This document shows positions 1-13,520 of a stretch of DNA of 64,000 bases, one piece after another (the first letter of the stretch is position 1; each line of letters opens with the position of its first letter). Origin of the DNA: Octopus sinensis (taxonomy: Eukaryota); NCBI RefSeq assembly GCF_006345805.1, contig NC_043020.1:8928001-8992000 (forward strand), in the 5' to 3' direction. The notes under the pieces were generated by a model that ran no database searches, had not been told where the DNA came from, and saw nothing but the letters and a program-made list of their open reading frames with translations. The translations under genes were made by a program, and so were the position numbers.

Positions 1-27
1 CTTATTAGCTGTCGTTCGCCTTATGAG

Positions 28-71
<44 letters not shown>

Positions 72-82
72 CATTATTATTA

Positions 83-133
<51 letters not shown>

Positions 134-702
134 GTAGTAGTAGTAGTAGTAGTATTATCATTGAGTGAGAGAGCAGTTCATGCCATCAAAGTGACACTGG
201 GGTGAAATATACGAAGCCCAATATACCCATCATGACTACCCGTCTGATAAGGGTACACCAGGCACATGCATCACAACCATATGTTTGCGACATGGTGATC
301 TCATATCAAGATAAACAGCACATGACCTTGCAGGTGGGGCCCAGTTAGAATTTCTTCAGGTTGAGTAGCCCATCCCGCTCAAACGGTCCCTGAATAGGGT
401 TGTTTTAGGATGTTGAAAGAACCACCCATGTTTCCAGAGGTGAACTTCAAACCCCAAATAATCCCTCTCAACACATGGCTATGATGCTCCCCCACTACTT
501 CTGCTCGTGATCAGAAATGCACATATCGTCAGCCACTAAGGGACATGCTCAACTGGTTAAGGTCAAACAACTGACAAGCAAATCTGTGGTATTGAGCAGA
601 ATATTTGCTGTAGCCCATCTTTTATACCAAGACAAAACAATGTACATGATAACACTTCCAATCAGTTAAGATCAGAAGCCATGGGAGCCACTGCCTGGTA
701 CT

Positions 703-708
703 GCATTA

Positions 709-739
<31 letters not shown>

Positions 740-762
740 TATCATTATTATTATTATTATTA

Positions 763-812
<50 letters not shown>

Positions 813-855
813 ATAATTATTATTATTATAATTATTATTATTATTATTATTATTA

Positions 856-890
<35 letters not shown>

Positions 891-910
891 GTTATTATTA
901 TTTATCATTA

Positions 911-958
<48 letters not shown>

Positions 959-989
959 CTATTATTATTTATCATTATTATTATTATCA

Positions 990-1034
<45 letters not shown>

Positions 1035-1052
1035 CTATTATTATTTATCATT

Positions 1053-1087
<35 letters not shown>

Positions 1088-1092
1088 TATTC

Positions 1093-1123
<31 letters not shown>

Positions 1124-1162
1124 TTCAATAATTATCATTATTATTATTATTATTATTATTAT
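703..1162. repeat. Long (ATT)n microsatellite (one of many SSR tracts)
   Basis: Other large tracts: (ATT) 26-131 and 51490-51690; (GAT) 8010-8450 and 30490-30610; (TA) 9430-9895; (CA) 12590-12880 and 17345-17760; (TACA) 15780-16280 and 18800-19160. These explain most low-complexity ORFs. Confidence 0.95.
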
Positions 1163-2680
1163 TGGTGTGGTTCGTAAGTTTCTGGATGTAAACTCATGTC
1201 TTTCTGGCTTTTTTGCTGTTCTCTGCATTAAACATTATTGAAGGTAATCAATCCTTCAAGAGTCTAAAATAACGGTGAAAGTAGTCTGTCTGAATGTTAT
1301 TTGAAGCTGCCCGGGATTCAGTAACTGGACCACGGAGCTAAAAGTTAAAATCCAAGTTTTATTAAATTCGTATAGCGACAGATATGAATTCGGATTACGA
1401 ATTAGCTAAAGGGGGACTAAAAAACAACAACAAACTAAACAAAAAAAATTCTGTTCAATGGGACATAACTCTATTTTACCATCAGGAGTGACTCCCCTTG
1501 GCAAACTTCGCATTCTGTTTGTAGACGAAGCTTTTATTTAGTTATTCGATAAAGTTAATACAGGAAAAAGAAGAAAACGTATTTAGTAATTGAGTTAAGC
1601 ATCTCACACACACATGTATGAATGGACAAGCGCATAAGCACGCACGTACATAACCGCACACACACACATACACACTCACGTGGTAGAAGTTAACTCTTAA
1701 CCGAGCGAGACCATTTCCTAAACTCAGTAAACCTGTAGAAACATTCCATGAATCCAATTAGTACCTGTTTGTGGATTTTGTTTTGGGTGGATCAAGCATT
1801 GCACTGCACTGAACTCATTCTTCTGCTTGAGCCAAACTGGTGACACAACAAAGCTTGAGACAGCTAGGGGCCAATTGGACCGTAGGTCTTTTTTTTATGT
1901 GAGCTTACTTTCTCCTAGAGTGGAGTTCTAATGGGAACTGTGGAGTCCTTCACTCACAGTGGTTCAGATGCTAATTAACCCATAGCTAGGGCCCTAACAG
2001 GTACTACTACTTTGAATCAGAGTGGACCTGGGAACAGTAGTAGCAAAACCTTGGAACTCCAGTACAAAGCTTCAAGCCATACCAAGGACATACATACATG
2101 TGTATATTTATATTCACACACATATATTCATAATATATATATATAATATATATATACACATATAACAATAATTAAGGGTTTAGCAACATGTGTGAGGGCG
2201 CGTGGCTTAGTGGTTAGGGCATTCGGCTCATGATCGTAAGGTTGTGAGTTCGATTCCCGGCGACGCGTTGTGTCCTTGAGCAAGACACTTTATTTCACGT
2301 TGCTCCAGTCCACTCAGCTGGCAAAAATGAGTTGTACTTGTATTTCAAAGGGTCAGCCTTGTCACTCTCTGTGTCACGCTGATTATCCCCGAGAACTACG
2401 TTAAGGGTACACGTGTCTGTGGAATGCTCAGCCATTTGCACGTTAATTTCACGAGCATGCTGTTCCGTTGATCGTATCAGCTGGGACCCTCGTCGTCGTA
2501 ACCGGCGGAGTCTTATTATTAAGCAACGTGTTGCTTAACCACATACCAAAAAATTTAGAAATAGCAGCCAAAAGACCGTTATTTCTTTTTGCTACAAAAT
2601 ATGACTCCATAGATAACCCTCTCTGTAACTCACACAGGCAAAAAAGAAGGAAAATAATGAAATCAAACAATCTTCGGTTA

Positions 2681-2736
2681 ATTATGGACGCGTTTCTGGA
2701 TTAGAGTTATAAAACTCATTTCCTTATCATCATAAT
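2681..2736 (-). ncRNA. Decayed hammerhead motif
   Basis: Minus strand: ATTATG ATGATAA GGA..GAGTT-TTAT-AACTC..TCC A GAAA CGCG TC CATAAT. Stems intact, core mutated. Confidence 0.35.
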
Positions 2737-2982
2737 ATTCCGATAGTTATAAATTAGAAAACGCTAGAAAACTTACCCTTTGCATTTCTGACCAAGCGAC
2801 ATCAGAACATCACACAAGGTAGTTAGCATATCCGCATTTATATAGACGAGTGAAATTCATATTTGCCACCAATTTCTACACAATGTGTGTCATGAGACAG
2901 TACTGCAGAAAATAGATCCGCAGCTTTTTTTGTTATCAGGGAGTAAAATAATCATTATACCCTATATCTATAATATATATAC

Positions 2983-3027
<45 letters not shown>

Positions 3028-3306
3028 CACAACACATATATATATATATATATATATATATTAGCAATTAAGGACAACCACTTAATAAGGAAAACTTAAC
3101 AAGAAATTGTCAGGTAGATAGCGTAAAAACCTTAATTGCTAAATTTTTATTCCGAAAAAACTTTTCCTCTCCCGAAATGCAATTCGTAAAAGTTTGCCAT
3201 TTATCCGGATGTAATATATGTAAACTCACCCATGTGCTTCGTTGATTTGAGCAGTTAGCTGATCGGCTTAAGCGGGGCAGGGTCGTTGTTTATTTATAAT
3301 ACATTC

Positions 3307-3354
3307 AGGCCTGCTGATGAGTACGTAAGTATGAAATCACTGTGATACAGGTCT
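3307..3354 (+). ncRNA. Minimal type I hammerhead ribozyme, core intact
   Basis: AGGCCTG CTGATGA GTAC-GTAA-GTAT GAAA TCAC-T-GTGA TA CAGGTCT: 7-bp stem I, CUGAUGA, 4-bp stem II, GAAA, near-palindromic stem III, AUA cleavage triplet (after 3347). Confidence 0.75.
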
Positions 3355-4369
3355 ATATTTTTTTAAATGTCTTACTTTGAAAAATTGCATTCGGTGGGAT
3401 TAGTAATATTTTTGGTAGAAATGACTAATTGTCCCTCTTAGCGTGTGGCATGTATGTATAATGCCTTCTGGCATTTATATATATATATATATAAATAAAT
3501 GAAAGAATGGAGTCGAACGATGGTTTTCTGACGTGAATTTGCTACCCGGGTATCGGTTAACCGAATTATCCATACTAGGATAATTCATTCAACTACTTAT
3601 ATATATACATATATATATATATATACACTTATATTGCCAAGTCCAAACATAACAAAGTGTAAAGAGAAACATCGTGTCTCACCATAGGGGCCAGTGGTCC
3701 TGAAGACATGAACATTTCTTCCAGAAATGAATAAGAAATATTATATTTATGAAAAACTGCTTCGAAGCCTATGGCCCTACTTACTCAGATTATAAATTCA
3801 CAATTATACCACTAATTAACGGTGTACTTCGTTTCATTAGTAGATATTTAAATGGCCTGACTCTTCATCAGTTATGATGAAGGTTCCAGTTGATCCAATC
3901 AACGGAACAGCCTGCTCATGAAATTAATGTGCATGTGGCTGAGTACTCCACAGACACATGCACTCTTAATGTTGTTCTCAGAGGAGATTCAGCGTGACAA
4001 AGAATGTTATAGGTACAACTCATTTTTACGAGCTAAGAAGGCTGGAGTTATGAGAAATAAAGTGACTTGCTGAAGGAGACAATGCCCCCAACAGGAATCG
4101 AAATCACAACCTTGTGATTGTGAGCTGAACATCATAGCCACGTACCTTCTGTTTGAATGAGATTCTGGAAAAACCAGGATTTCCAGGCCAACAATGTGAC
4201 TGCCAAAAGACTACAGTGGACCAGGTGATGATGTCACAGCAATCAACAAATCAAGATCACCAGCAAAATATACAGAGATGCTCTCTCACTGATGGGCTTC
4301 CACATAGTTTCCATCAAACTCAGTTTCATTTCCATGGCTTTGGTCAGCTGAAGGTTATAGTAGAAGCTG

Positions 4370-4755
4370 TGGAGGCGCAATGGCCCAGTGGTTAGGGCAG
4401 CGGACTCTCGGTCATAGGATCGCGGTTTCGATTTCCAGACCGGGCGTTGTGAATGTTTATTGAGTGAAAACACCTAAAAGCTCCACGAGGCTCCGGCAGG
4501 GGATGGTGGTGATCCCTGCTGTACTCTTTCACCACAACTTTCTCTCACTCTTGCTTCCTGTTTCCGTTGTACCTGTATTTCAAAGGGCCGGCCTTGTCAC
4601 TCTCTGTGTCACGCTGAATATCCCCGAGAACTACGTTAAGGGTACACGTGTCTGTGGAGTGCTCAGCCACTTACACGTTATTTCACGAGCAGGCTGTTCC
4701 GTTGATTCGGATCAACCCGGAACCCTCGTCGTCGTAACCGACGGAGTGCTTCCAC
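4370..4755 (+). mobile_element. tRNA-derived SINE, family 1
   Basis: tRNA-like head (TGGCCCAGTGGTTAGG ... GGTTTCGATTTCC), body, tail ending CGTCGTAACCGACGGAGTGCTTCCA. Copies at 14815-15198 (-), 24240-24625 (-, nested in a family-2 SINE), 45655-46037 (-). Chimeric variants at 2195-2515, 5096-5400, 11395-11683. Confidence 0.85.
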
Positions 4756-6346
4756 ATAGTAGAAGCGACTCACCAAAGCCATAATGTAGATCAATAACAT
4801 AAAACGCCAGGTGTGTTTTGTAGATTTTTTTGATTTACCTCTTCCCAACTAATTTGCATTTTTGTGTCATTGTATGAAATCAATATTCTTTTTATGATCA
4901 AGTCATAAATACGATTGTCCCCATCATCAATCCCTTTGTTCCCCATGAAGCATTGGCCATTCATGACTTTTCTTCACTCCTTGACCCTCATCTGTTTTTT
5001 CTTGAAGGAAATGTCTTCCTTTCTCAAGTCTTGTTGGCCTTGTATTATAATCAATGCTTCTGTAATTCTGCTATTTTCTACATAGTTATGTTGGTGGAGG
5101 CGCAATGGCCCAGTGGTTAGGGCAGCGGACTTGCAATTGTAGGATCGTGGTTTCGATTCCCAGACCGGGCGTTGTGAGTGTTTATTGAGCGAAAACACCT
5201 AAAGCTCCACGAGGCTCCGGCAGGGGGGGGGGTGATCCCTGCTGTACTCTTTCACCACAACTTTCTCTCACTCTTTCTTCTGTTGGCCTGCTCACTTAGC
5301 CAGTAGGGTGGCGTCATTTGAAGGCTAAAACAATGCAAAGTGCATTGTGAGCAGCGATGTGTAGCAGCATCTGATAGCCTGGTCGGTCAAGGTGATCACG
5401 GTGATGTTGACCTTACGCAAACCCTTTATTTTTTACTCTAGGAAAGAAATGGTTCAGTCTTGCTTCTGTCCTTTTGCCTGTCCATCAGAGGCCTGCACTC
5501 TACCAGCATATTCCTCTGGGCCACTGAAGCATACAAGCCACCACATCACAACAAGGACTGGGTCTCTGGTAAAATGAATATTATAGCTTAACAGATAAAG
5601 CTTAACATTATATCATAGCTTAACAGATTAGAGGGGGGGGGGGCGTGGCGGAAATAGGAGTGGATCAGGAAAGTGATAGGTGGCAGCACAGATTATGTGA
5701 AGGGTGTGGGGTTGAGGTATGATGGAAATGACGTACAGTGCCAGGGATGGGGTCAGAGATACATCAGGGAGAGAAAAATATATCCTGAAGGTTTTCATGT
5801 ATTTTGAAGAGAATTGCATTGAATATACAAAATTTTAATGAAATTCAAGGAAAAAGAGCTCCTTAAATTGTAGTAAATCTCTTCCAATGTTTGACCTGTG
5901 ATTGTGTTTATCAATTTAAGGTCAGCCTTTTTAGCCATTCTTGACCATTAAAGTTACATGAATTGAAGCAAAATAAATCTTTGCCCCAAAGATATATATT
6001 CCACCTATTCCTCACTAAGTATTTTTCCAGCCTTAATGATTTAACGTCTAAGGGAGACAACTCTTTTACCTGTTTACTTTTCATTTTTTTACGTTTTAGT
6101 TTTTGTTTTTTGTTTTACATTTTCTGTATTTTACTGACTGCATTTTCAATTTTTTTATTCTCTTATTCATTTTTTTAATGTTCATTATGATACAAGTTTG
6201 CACCTGAAGAATTTAATTGAGAATTTCTCAACATATGAAACTATTAACAGCACTTAAATACATGTATTATGCCCTTTGAATAAATAATATATATATTGAC
6301 TATATATATATATATATATATAATATATATATATATAATATATATA

Positions 6347-6482
6347 TACAGGGTGTTCCCAAAAAATGTATAACATAGTGGTTCGGCAAAAGAGCGAACG
6401 ATAGAATAAGTACTAGGCTTACAAAGATAACAATTTTACAATTATTTAAGGTGTGTATACATTTTTTTGGGACACCCTGTAT
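6347..6482. mobile_element. Tc1/mariner-type MITE (~135 bp)
   Basis: TIRs TACAGGGTGTTCCCAAAAAATGTATA / TATACATTTTTTTGGGACACCCTGTA with TA ends, inside a (TA)n tract. Confidence 0.75.
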
Positions 6483-6548
6483 ATATAACATACACATATA
6501 TATACACATACATGCACATGTACAGTATATATATATATATGTGTGTGG

Positions 6549-6599
<51 letters not shown>

Positions 6600-6607
6600 A
6601 TGTATAT

Positions 6608-7733
6608 TACGAGGTGGTATCAAACGGTTCCAGATTCATCATCATCATCATCAGATTAGTTATGTTTAATAAAGAAAATAACTTATTTACCTATGTTTTT
6701 ACATCATCCCCTTTGAAATAGTCACCTTGCACAGCAATACACCGGTTCCAGTGTTCCTGCCACTTCTGGAATCAAGTCTGGAGGTTGTTTTCTGTAAGCA
6801 AGTTGAGGACCTTCTGTGATTCACCCTTGATCTCAACACTGACCTTTGAGCTGTCTTTTCATCTTGGAGAAGCAATGGAAGTCTGCAGGTGCTAAATCTA
6901 GTGAATTGGGCAGGTACAGAAGCAATACCATGTCGTTTTTGGCGAGACACTTACAATTGAGAAGAGCTTGGTGAAGATCCATTTCTTCATACTCCACAAA
7001 TCAGTCACCTTCGCCGAATGTCCTCCTTCAAATGCTTCAAAACATCACAGTAGGAACTCTCGATTGATGGTCCGGCCCTGGGTGGGGGGAGTGAATTCTT
7101 GGTGCACAATATCACATTTCCAGTGGTGACGTCTGTGGCAGATCTTCCAGATGGCTCACTGTCTTCCAAGGATGCTCTTCTGCTTTTGAAGCACCCATGC
7201 CACTCGAAACATTGTGTACGACCCATTGCCTTGTCTCTGTAAGCTTGCCAAAGAATGCTCAATGTCTCTGTAGCAGACTTCCAAAGTTTAAAGCCAAATT
7301 TCACGTTGGCTCTTTGTTCCTATTCTTGACAAAAATCACAGTCTACAACATACATGTGATCACAAAAACACAAATTTCACAACTTGCAAAGTAAACAGAG
7401 CAGTGCCATTTGGCACACGGCCCCATGAAGGTCACTGCTAGCTCTCACTGTGCAGACAACCTATTTCTTTACTACCCACAAGGGGCTAACATAGAGGGGT
7501 AAACAAGGACACACAACGGATTAAGTCGATTTACATCGACCCCAGTGCGTAACTGGTACTTATTTAATCGACCCCGAAGGATGAAAGGCAAGTCGACCTC
7601 GGCAGAATTAACTCAGAACGTAACGGCAGACGAAAGAGGCTACGCATCGCGGAGTGCTAACGATTCTGCCACTCGCCGCCATCTGTTGGCATGCTACAGA
7701 AATAGCCAGGGAACGTTTTGATACCAATTCATA
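6608..7733 (-). mobile_element. Defective mariner transposon with nested SINE
   Basis: Imperfect TIRs (TACGAGGTGGTATCAAACGGTTCC / GGAACGTTTTGATACCAATTCATA). ORF 7005-7304 has the mariner N-terminal HTH (LWQAYRDKAMGRTQCFEWH...SLED...SGR). SINE inserted at ~7462-7680. Confidence 0.8.
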
Positions 7734-8013
7734 TATGTACATATACATATACAGTATACATGTTTGTGTGTGCACAGTGAGCATGCACACACAAATGCAC
7801 ACGCATGCACACACACTTGTGCATATACATGTGATATTTGTAGAAACAGAGTAGAAAATTTGTTCGTGGTTATTTGTTGATGTATACACCCATGAGAGAC
7901 GTGAGTAAATCGCTGCCAGCTGTGTTGCTCCACCACATGATGAGGATGATGATGATGACAACGACGATAACAACGACAGGGGTGGTGGTGCTGGAAGTGA
8001 TGTGGTAGTGATT

Positions 8014-8055
<42 letters not shown>

Positions 8056-8091
8056 GTGATGGTGATGATGATGATGATGATGATGATGGTA

Positions 8092-8133
<42 letters not shown>

Positions 8134-8298
8134 GATGATGTGTGATGATGATGATGATGATGGTTGAGGATGATGTGATGATGATGATGGTGGGGGGTGG
8201 TGAGGATGATGATGATGATTGATGATGATGATGATGATGGTATGATGATGATGATGATGATGATGATGGTTATGATGATGATGATGATGATGATGGTA

Positions 8299-8346
<48 letters not shown>

Positions 8347-8374
8347 GTGAGGATGATGATTATGATGGTGAGGA

Positions 8375-8408
<34 letters not shown>

Positions 8409-9181
8409 GAGGATGATGATGATGATGATGATGATGGTGAGGATGATGATGATCGTTGGTCAAACAGAATGTGTGGCTAAGGTAAAACTGAGAATCCTTT
8501 TGCCCCATTGGCATAAGTAAATGTCTTTTCTGTCTCTTACAATGGTCGGGGGTTTAAATTAAGATGGAGGCCAGAAGAGACAGCAAAAGGCAGAGAGAAA
8601 AACGGCCAAGAAATGAACTGAAAGTTCTCTCTATTATCAATCCCTGAATATATATATATATGTAAACATATATACATATACATGAAAATATATCACATAT
8701 ATCACACACACACACACATATATATATTTTACTCTTTTCTCTTTTACTTTTTACTTGTTTCAGTCATTTGACTGCGGCCATGCTAGAGCACCGCCTTTAG
8801 TCGAGCAAATCGACCCCGGGACTTATTCTTTGTAAGCCCAGTACTTATTCTATTGGTCTCTGTTGCCGAACCGCTAAGTGACGGAGACGTAAACACACCA
8901 GCATCGGTTGTCAAGCAATGCTAGGGGGACAAACACACACACATATATATATATATATATACATATATACGACAGGCTTCTTTCAGTTTCTGTCTACCAA
9001 ATCCACTCACAAGGCATTGGTTGGCCTGGGGCTATAGCAGAAGACACTTGCCCAAGATGCCACGCAGTGGGACTGAACCCGGAACCATGTGGTTTGTTAG
9101 CAAGCTACTTACCACACAGCCACTCCTACGCCTATGTATATATATTATATATACTTTATTTAAAGCAGCAGAAAATTCAAC

Positions 9182-9229
9182 AAAAACTGTTACTCTGAGT
9201 TTCACGTTCCTGTTCGTCGGACAGGTTTT
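9182..9229 (-). ncRNA. Hammerhead-like motif, CCGACGA variant core (left arm of palindrome)
   Basis: Reverse complement reads AAAACCTGT CCGACGA ACA-GGAA-CGT GAAA CTCAGAG TA ACAGTTTTT. Confidence 0.6.
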
Positions 9230-9239
9230 GCAAACTAGC

Positions 9240-9287
9240 AAAAACTGTCCGACGAACGGGAACGTGAAACTCAGAGTAACAGGTTTT
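9240..9287 (+). ncRNA. Hammerhead-like motif, CCGACGA variant core (right arm of palindrome)
   Basis: AAAAACTGT CCGACGA ACG-GGAA-CGT GAAA CTC-A-GAG TA ACAGGTTTT: stem I 8/9 bp, GNRA-capped stem II, GUA triplet. Confidence 0.65.
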
Positions 9288-9415
9288 GTTGAATTTTCTG
9301 CTGCTTTAAATAAAGATATTACTCTACCACTGGTGGTATTTGAGTACTTTTTTCCACCTTGTTTCACATTTATGGTTTACTCTGGTATATATATATATAT
9401 TATATATCTAGTATA

Positions 9416-9536
<121 letters not shown>

Positions 9537-9565
9537 ATATATATATATATACATATATATATATA

Positions 9566-9630
<65 letters not shown>

Positions 9631-9632
9631 TG

Positions 9633-9665
<33 letters not shown>

Positions 9666-9786
9666 GTATATATATGTATATATGTATATATATGTATATA
9701 TATATGTATATATATATATGTATATATATATATTATATGTATTATATATGTATATAATATGTATATATATTGTATATATATATATA

Positions 9787-9835
<49 letters not shown>

Positions 9836-9852
9836 ATATATATATTATATAT

Positions 9853-9897
<45 letters not shown>

Positions 9898-10686
9898 CTG
9901 AGCTAGCAGAATCATTAGCACACCGGATGAATGCTTAGCGGTATTTCGTCTGCTGTTACGTTCTGAGTTCAAATTCTGCTGAGGTCGACTTTGCCTTCCA
10001 TCCTTTCAGGGTCGATTAAATAAGTACCAGTTATGCACTGCAGTCGATGTAATCGACTTAATTCCTTTGTTTATCCCCTCGGTGTTTAGCCACCTGTGAT
10101 ATATATATATATATAATCTGTGATGAAGGGGCCAGGGGTCCATCTGGTTGCATTGCATTGAAACACTTTGACATCCTAAGGGTTTTCGGGCATAGAATTT
10201 TGTTTACTACCACCACCACCACCACCACCACCACCACCACCACCAGAAACCACAAGCATCATCATCAGCACATCCACCACAACTACAATCATCTCAACAA
10301 CATTTACCATCACCACCACCAACAACAACAGCACCATCATCACCATCATCATCATCATCATCATCATCACAACCAGTGTCCTTCAATTTATCCCCATGTC
10401 CCCAATGCTCTTCGTCCTTAACTCCCCCCACCCCAACCAAACAGTTGGAGATTTGTGAATAAATTTCTTTATTAGCTTTTGTATTTCTGTTTGTTTTTCC
10501 CTTTATTCTTTCAGGAATCAAACCCTAAATTTTCATCTGGAATTGGTAAATCTTTCACAGACATCTTAGGGTCCCTTCTCTCAGGAAACCAGCTTCATGA
10601 AACATCTCAAGACTTATCACCATTACTACTACTACTACTACTACTTCTACTACTACGATGACGATGACTACTACCACCACCACCAC

Positions 10687-10723
<37 letters not shown>

Positions 10724-10797
10724 AACTACTACTGTTATTATTACTACTAATGTTGTTGTTGTTATAGTTGTCATTATTTGTAGTAGTAATAGTAGTG

Positions 10798-10831
<34 letters not shown>

Positions 10832-11754
10832 CAGCAGCAGCAGCAGCAGCAGCATTTTGTCGCAAATCCCGCAAAATGTTGAAATTAACCATAATTTAAA
10901 ACAGCTGCAGAGTGGAACTATTTCTGGTTGCGAGTATTTACACAACAGCCCAAACAGTGACCTTAATGAGCAGAGTGAAAACATCAATGGAAAAACATTA
11001 GCTAATCAGGCAAATTATTAAATTAACGAGTGCTTAAATTTTCCCATATTGCTCCCTAATTACCCCGAGATGTCAGTTTGGTAGATACTGCAGAACGTTG
11101 CACTAAATACTTTACCATGTTCCAGTTTCTTCATTGACTGTTTGAGGTGCAGGTTTGGCTGTCTGCTAAGTTGCTTGTTTCTCAACCATATGGTTCCAGG
11201 TTCAGTCCCACTGCATGGCACCTTGGGCAAGTGTCTTCTACTATAGCCTCGAGCCGACCAAATCCTTGTAATTGGATTTGGTAGATGGAAACTAGAAGAA
11301 GCCCATCATATATATATGTGTGTGTGTGTATATATATACATATGTACATACACATATACATATATACATACATTTTTTTTTGCACCCTTTTCAAGCCTAG
11401 CCAGGCTCATGGGCCCCGGTTTCCCAGTTTCTGTGGCGTATGTGTTCCCCCCAGCTGGACAGGATGCCAGTCCATTGCAGCGTTACTCATGAAACAAGAA
11501 GAGAGAGTGAGAGAAAGTTGGGGTGAAAGAGTACAACAGAGGTCGCCACCACCCCCTGCCGGAGCCTCGTGGAGTTTTTTTGGTGTTTTCACTCAATAAA
11601 CACACAACGCCTGGTCTGGGAATCAAAACCGTTATTCTCCGACTGCAAGCCCGCTACCCTAACCAGTGGGCCATTGCACCTCCAGTACATACATACATAC
11701 ATACATACATACATACATACATACATACATACATACATACACACATACATATAT

Positions 11755-12235
11755 ACGTACAATGCCATCCACAAAAAAGACTGTCCTGAAATAAACTTAG
11801 AAAATCCCTCTGTTATGGAATACATTCATAAACACCAACTCAAGGAATTCTGGTGGAATATTCCCATGAAAACTTCTGTTAAATATAAGCATAACAGGCC
11901 AGATATTGTTGTTTGGGAGCAGAGGGACAAAGATATGTACCATCACAGAGGTCAGCTACTCTGCAGATATAAATATTGCTTTGAAAATCAAAGAAAAAGA
12001 GGATATCTATGAACAACTGCTTCGAAACCTCCAGCTTCTATATTCAGACTATGAATTCGTATTCATACCAAGAATAGTTGAAGCACTAAGTTTTGTTAGT
12101 AAATGCTTAAAGGAGAATCTGGATGAACTGGGATTTTCAGAGAGAGAAATTGACCAGCTGATTTGTATATTACAAGTTTAATCTGTGAGTGGAACAGTAA
12201 AAATATGCAAGACTTTTCTCAAGTTACAAATGTAA
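11755..12235 (+). mobile_element. 3' fragment of an RLE-type (R4/Dong-like) non-LTR retrotransposon
   Basis: Frameshifted EFWWNIPMKT..KHNRPDIVVW..KICTITEVS..D...KIKEKEDIY: PD-(D/E)xK restriction-like endonuclease region; terminates ~12235. Confidence 0.75.
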
Positions 12236-12286
12236 ATTTGTCTGTGTTAACTACATCTCATAATAATTAAAAAATAGAAAAGGCGT

Positions 12287-12413
<127 letters not shown>

Positions 12414-12677
12414 TATATAGATAGATAAATAGGTAGATAGATAAACAGATAGATAGGTACATGGATAGACAGACTGACCGACAGACAGACAAGCAGGTAG
12501 AGAGTGTCAATTAAACATTTGATTCTTATCTTGATTTGGTTTCCTAGTTTCACTTTGTTAGAATGTTCAACACAGATGTTCTCGAGGATATTTACATACA
12601 CATACACACACACACACATACACACACACACACATACACACACATACACACACACACATACACACGCACATACACAT

Positions 12678-12710
<33 letters not shown>

Positions 12711-12989
12711 CACAAACACAAACACAAACACACACACACACACACATACACACATACACACACACACACACACAAACACCACACACACACACAAACACAA
12801 ACACACACACACACATACACACACACACACACACACACAAACACACATACACACACACACACACACACAAACACACATTTATGTATGTATGAACGCTACA
12901 ATACAACATGATAGCAGCAGCTTATCTCAGAAACCAATGTGCTGTTTATGAAAGCAAACTTATTAAATGCGTGTAAGAGCAGTTTTGAT

Positions 12990-13520
12990 GTTGCAGATCA
13001 AAAGTTTATTTTCATCACGGAACTCCAGTAGCCTTGTTCTCTCTTTGTTTCCATGGCCCCCATGTACACCATGGAAGATACCAGGCTGCCATCTGACATG
13101 CCCATTGAAGTCCGGAGCCATAAAGATGAGATCAGTCACTCATTTTTGAGGCAGTCTGCAGAAGAATATCACAAAATTGGTTCTTTTGTTCATTTAGTTG
13201 GCCTCCTTGGGAGCTATAGGCAAAGATAATTGTCACTATACTATTCTGCAAGACTAACCTGAGCTTAAGCATACTATTGCACACCCTGACTACCTCTATG
13301 ACTTTATCCACCCATTTCTCTGCAAGAAGTATGCCCACACCACCTACTCCATCACTGTTGCCTTCCCAGAAAATTTTATACCCATGTGCCTTGCCTGTAA
13401 GGACCCTGGCTGAAGCTCCTCTCCATCTTACCTCTTGTACACAACATACATCAACACACCTCCGTTCAAGTATCTCAACAATCTCGCTAGACCTACATTT
13501 ACAGTGCCAACTCTGAAAAC
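12990..13520 (-). mobile_element. RTE-clade LINE 5' fragment (AP endonuclease)
   Basis: EIVEILERRCVDVCCVQEVRWRG...GVGGVGILLAEKWVDKVIEVVRV...LKLRL...FAYSSQ: APE domain motifs. Confidence 0.8.

Noticed and set aside
3225-3300. Minus-strand TATA + ATGG|GTGAGT first exon
   Set aside because: Splicing to the next candidate exon (~2775-2900) gives early stops, and the segment abuts a hammerhead and is better explained as that element's body.
4373-4445. tRNA genes (also at other SINE heads)
   Set aside because: The A/B-box-like heads run directly into SINE bodies repeated many times; these are tRNA-derived SINEs, not tRNA genes.
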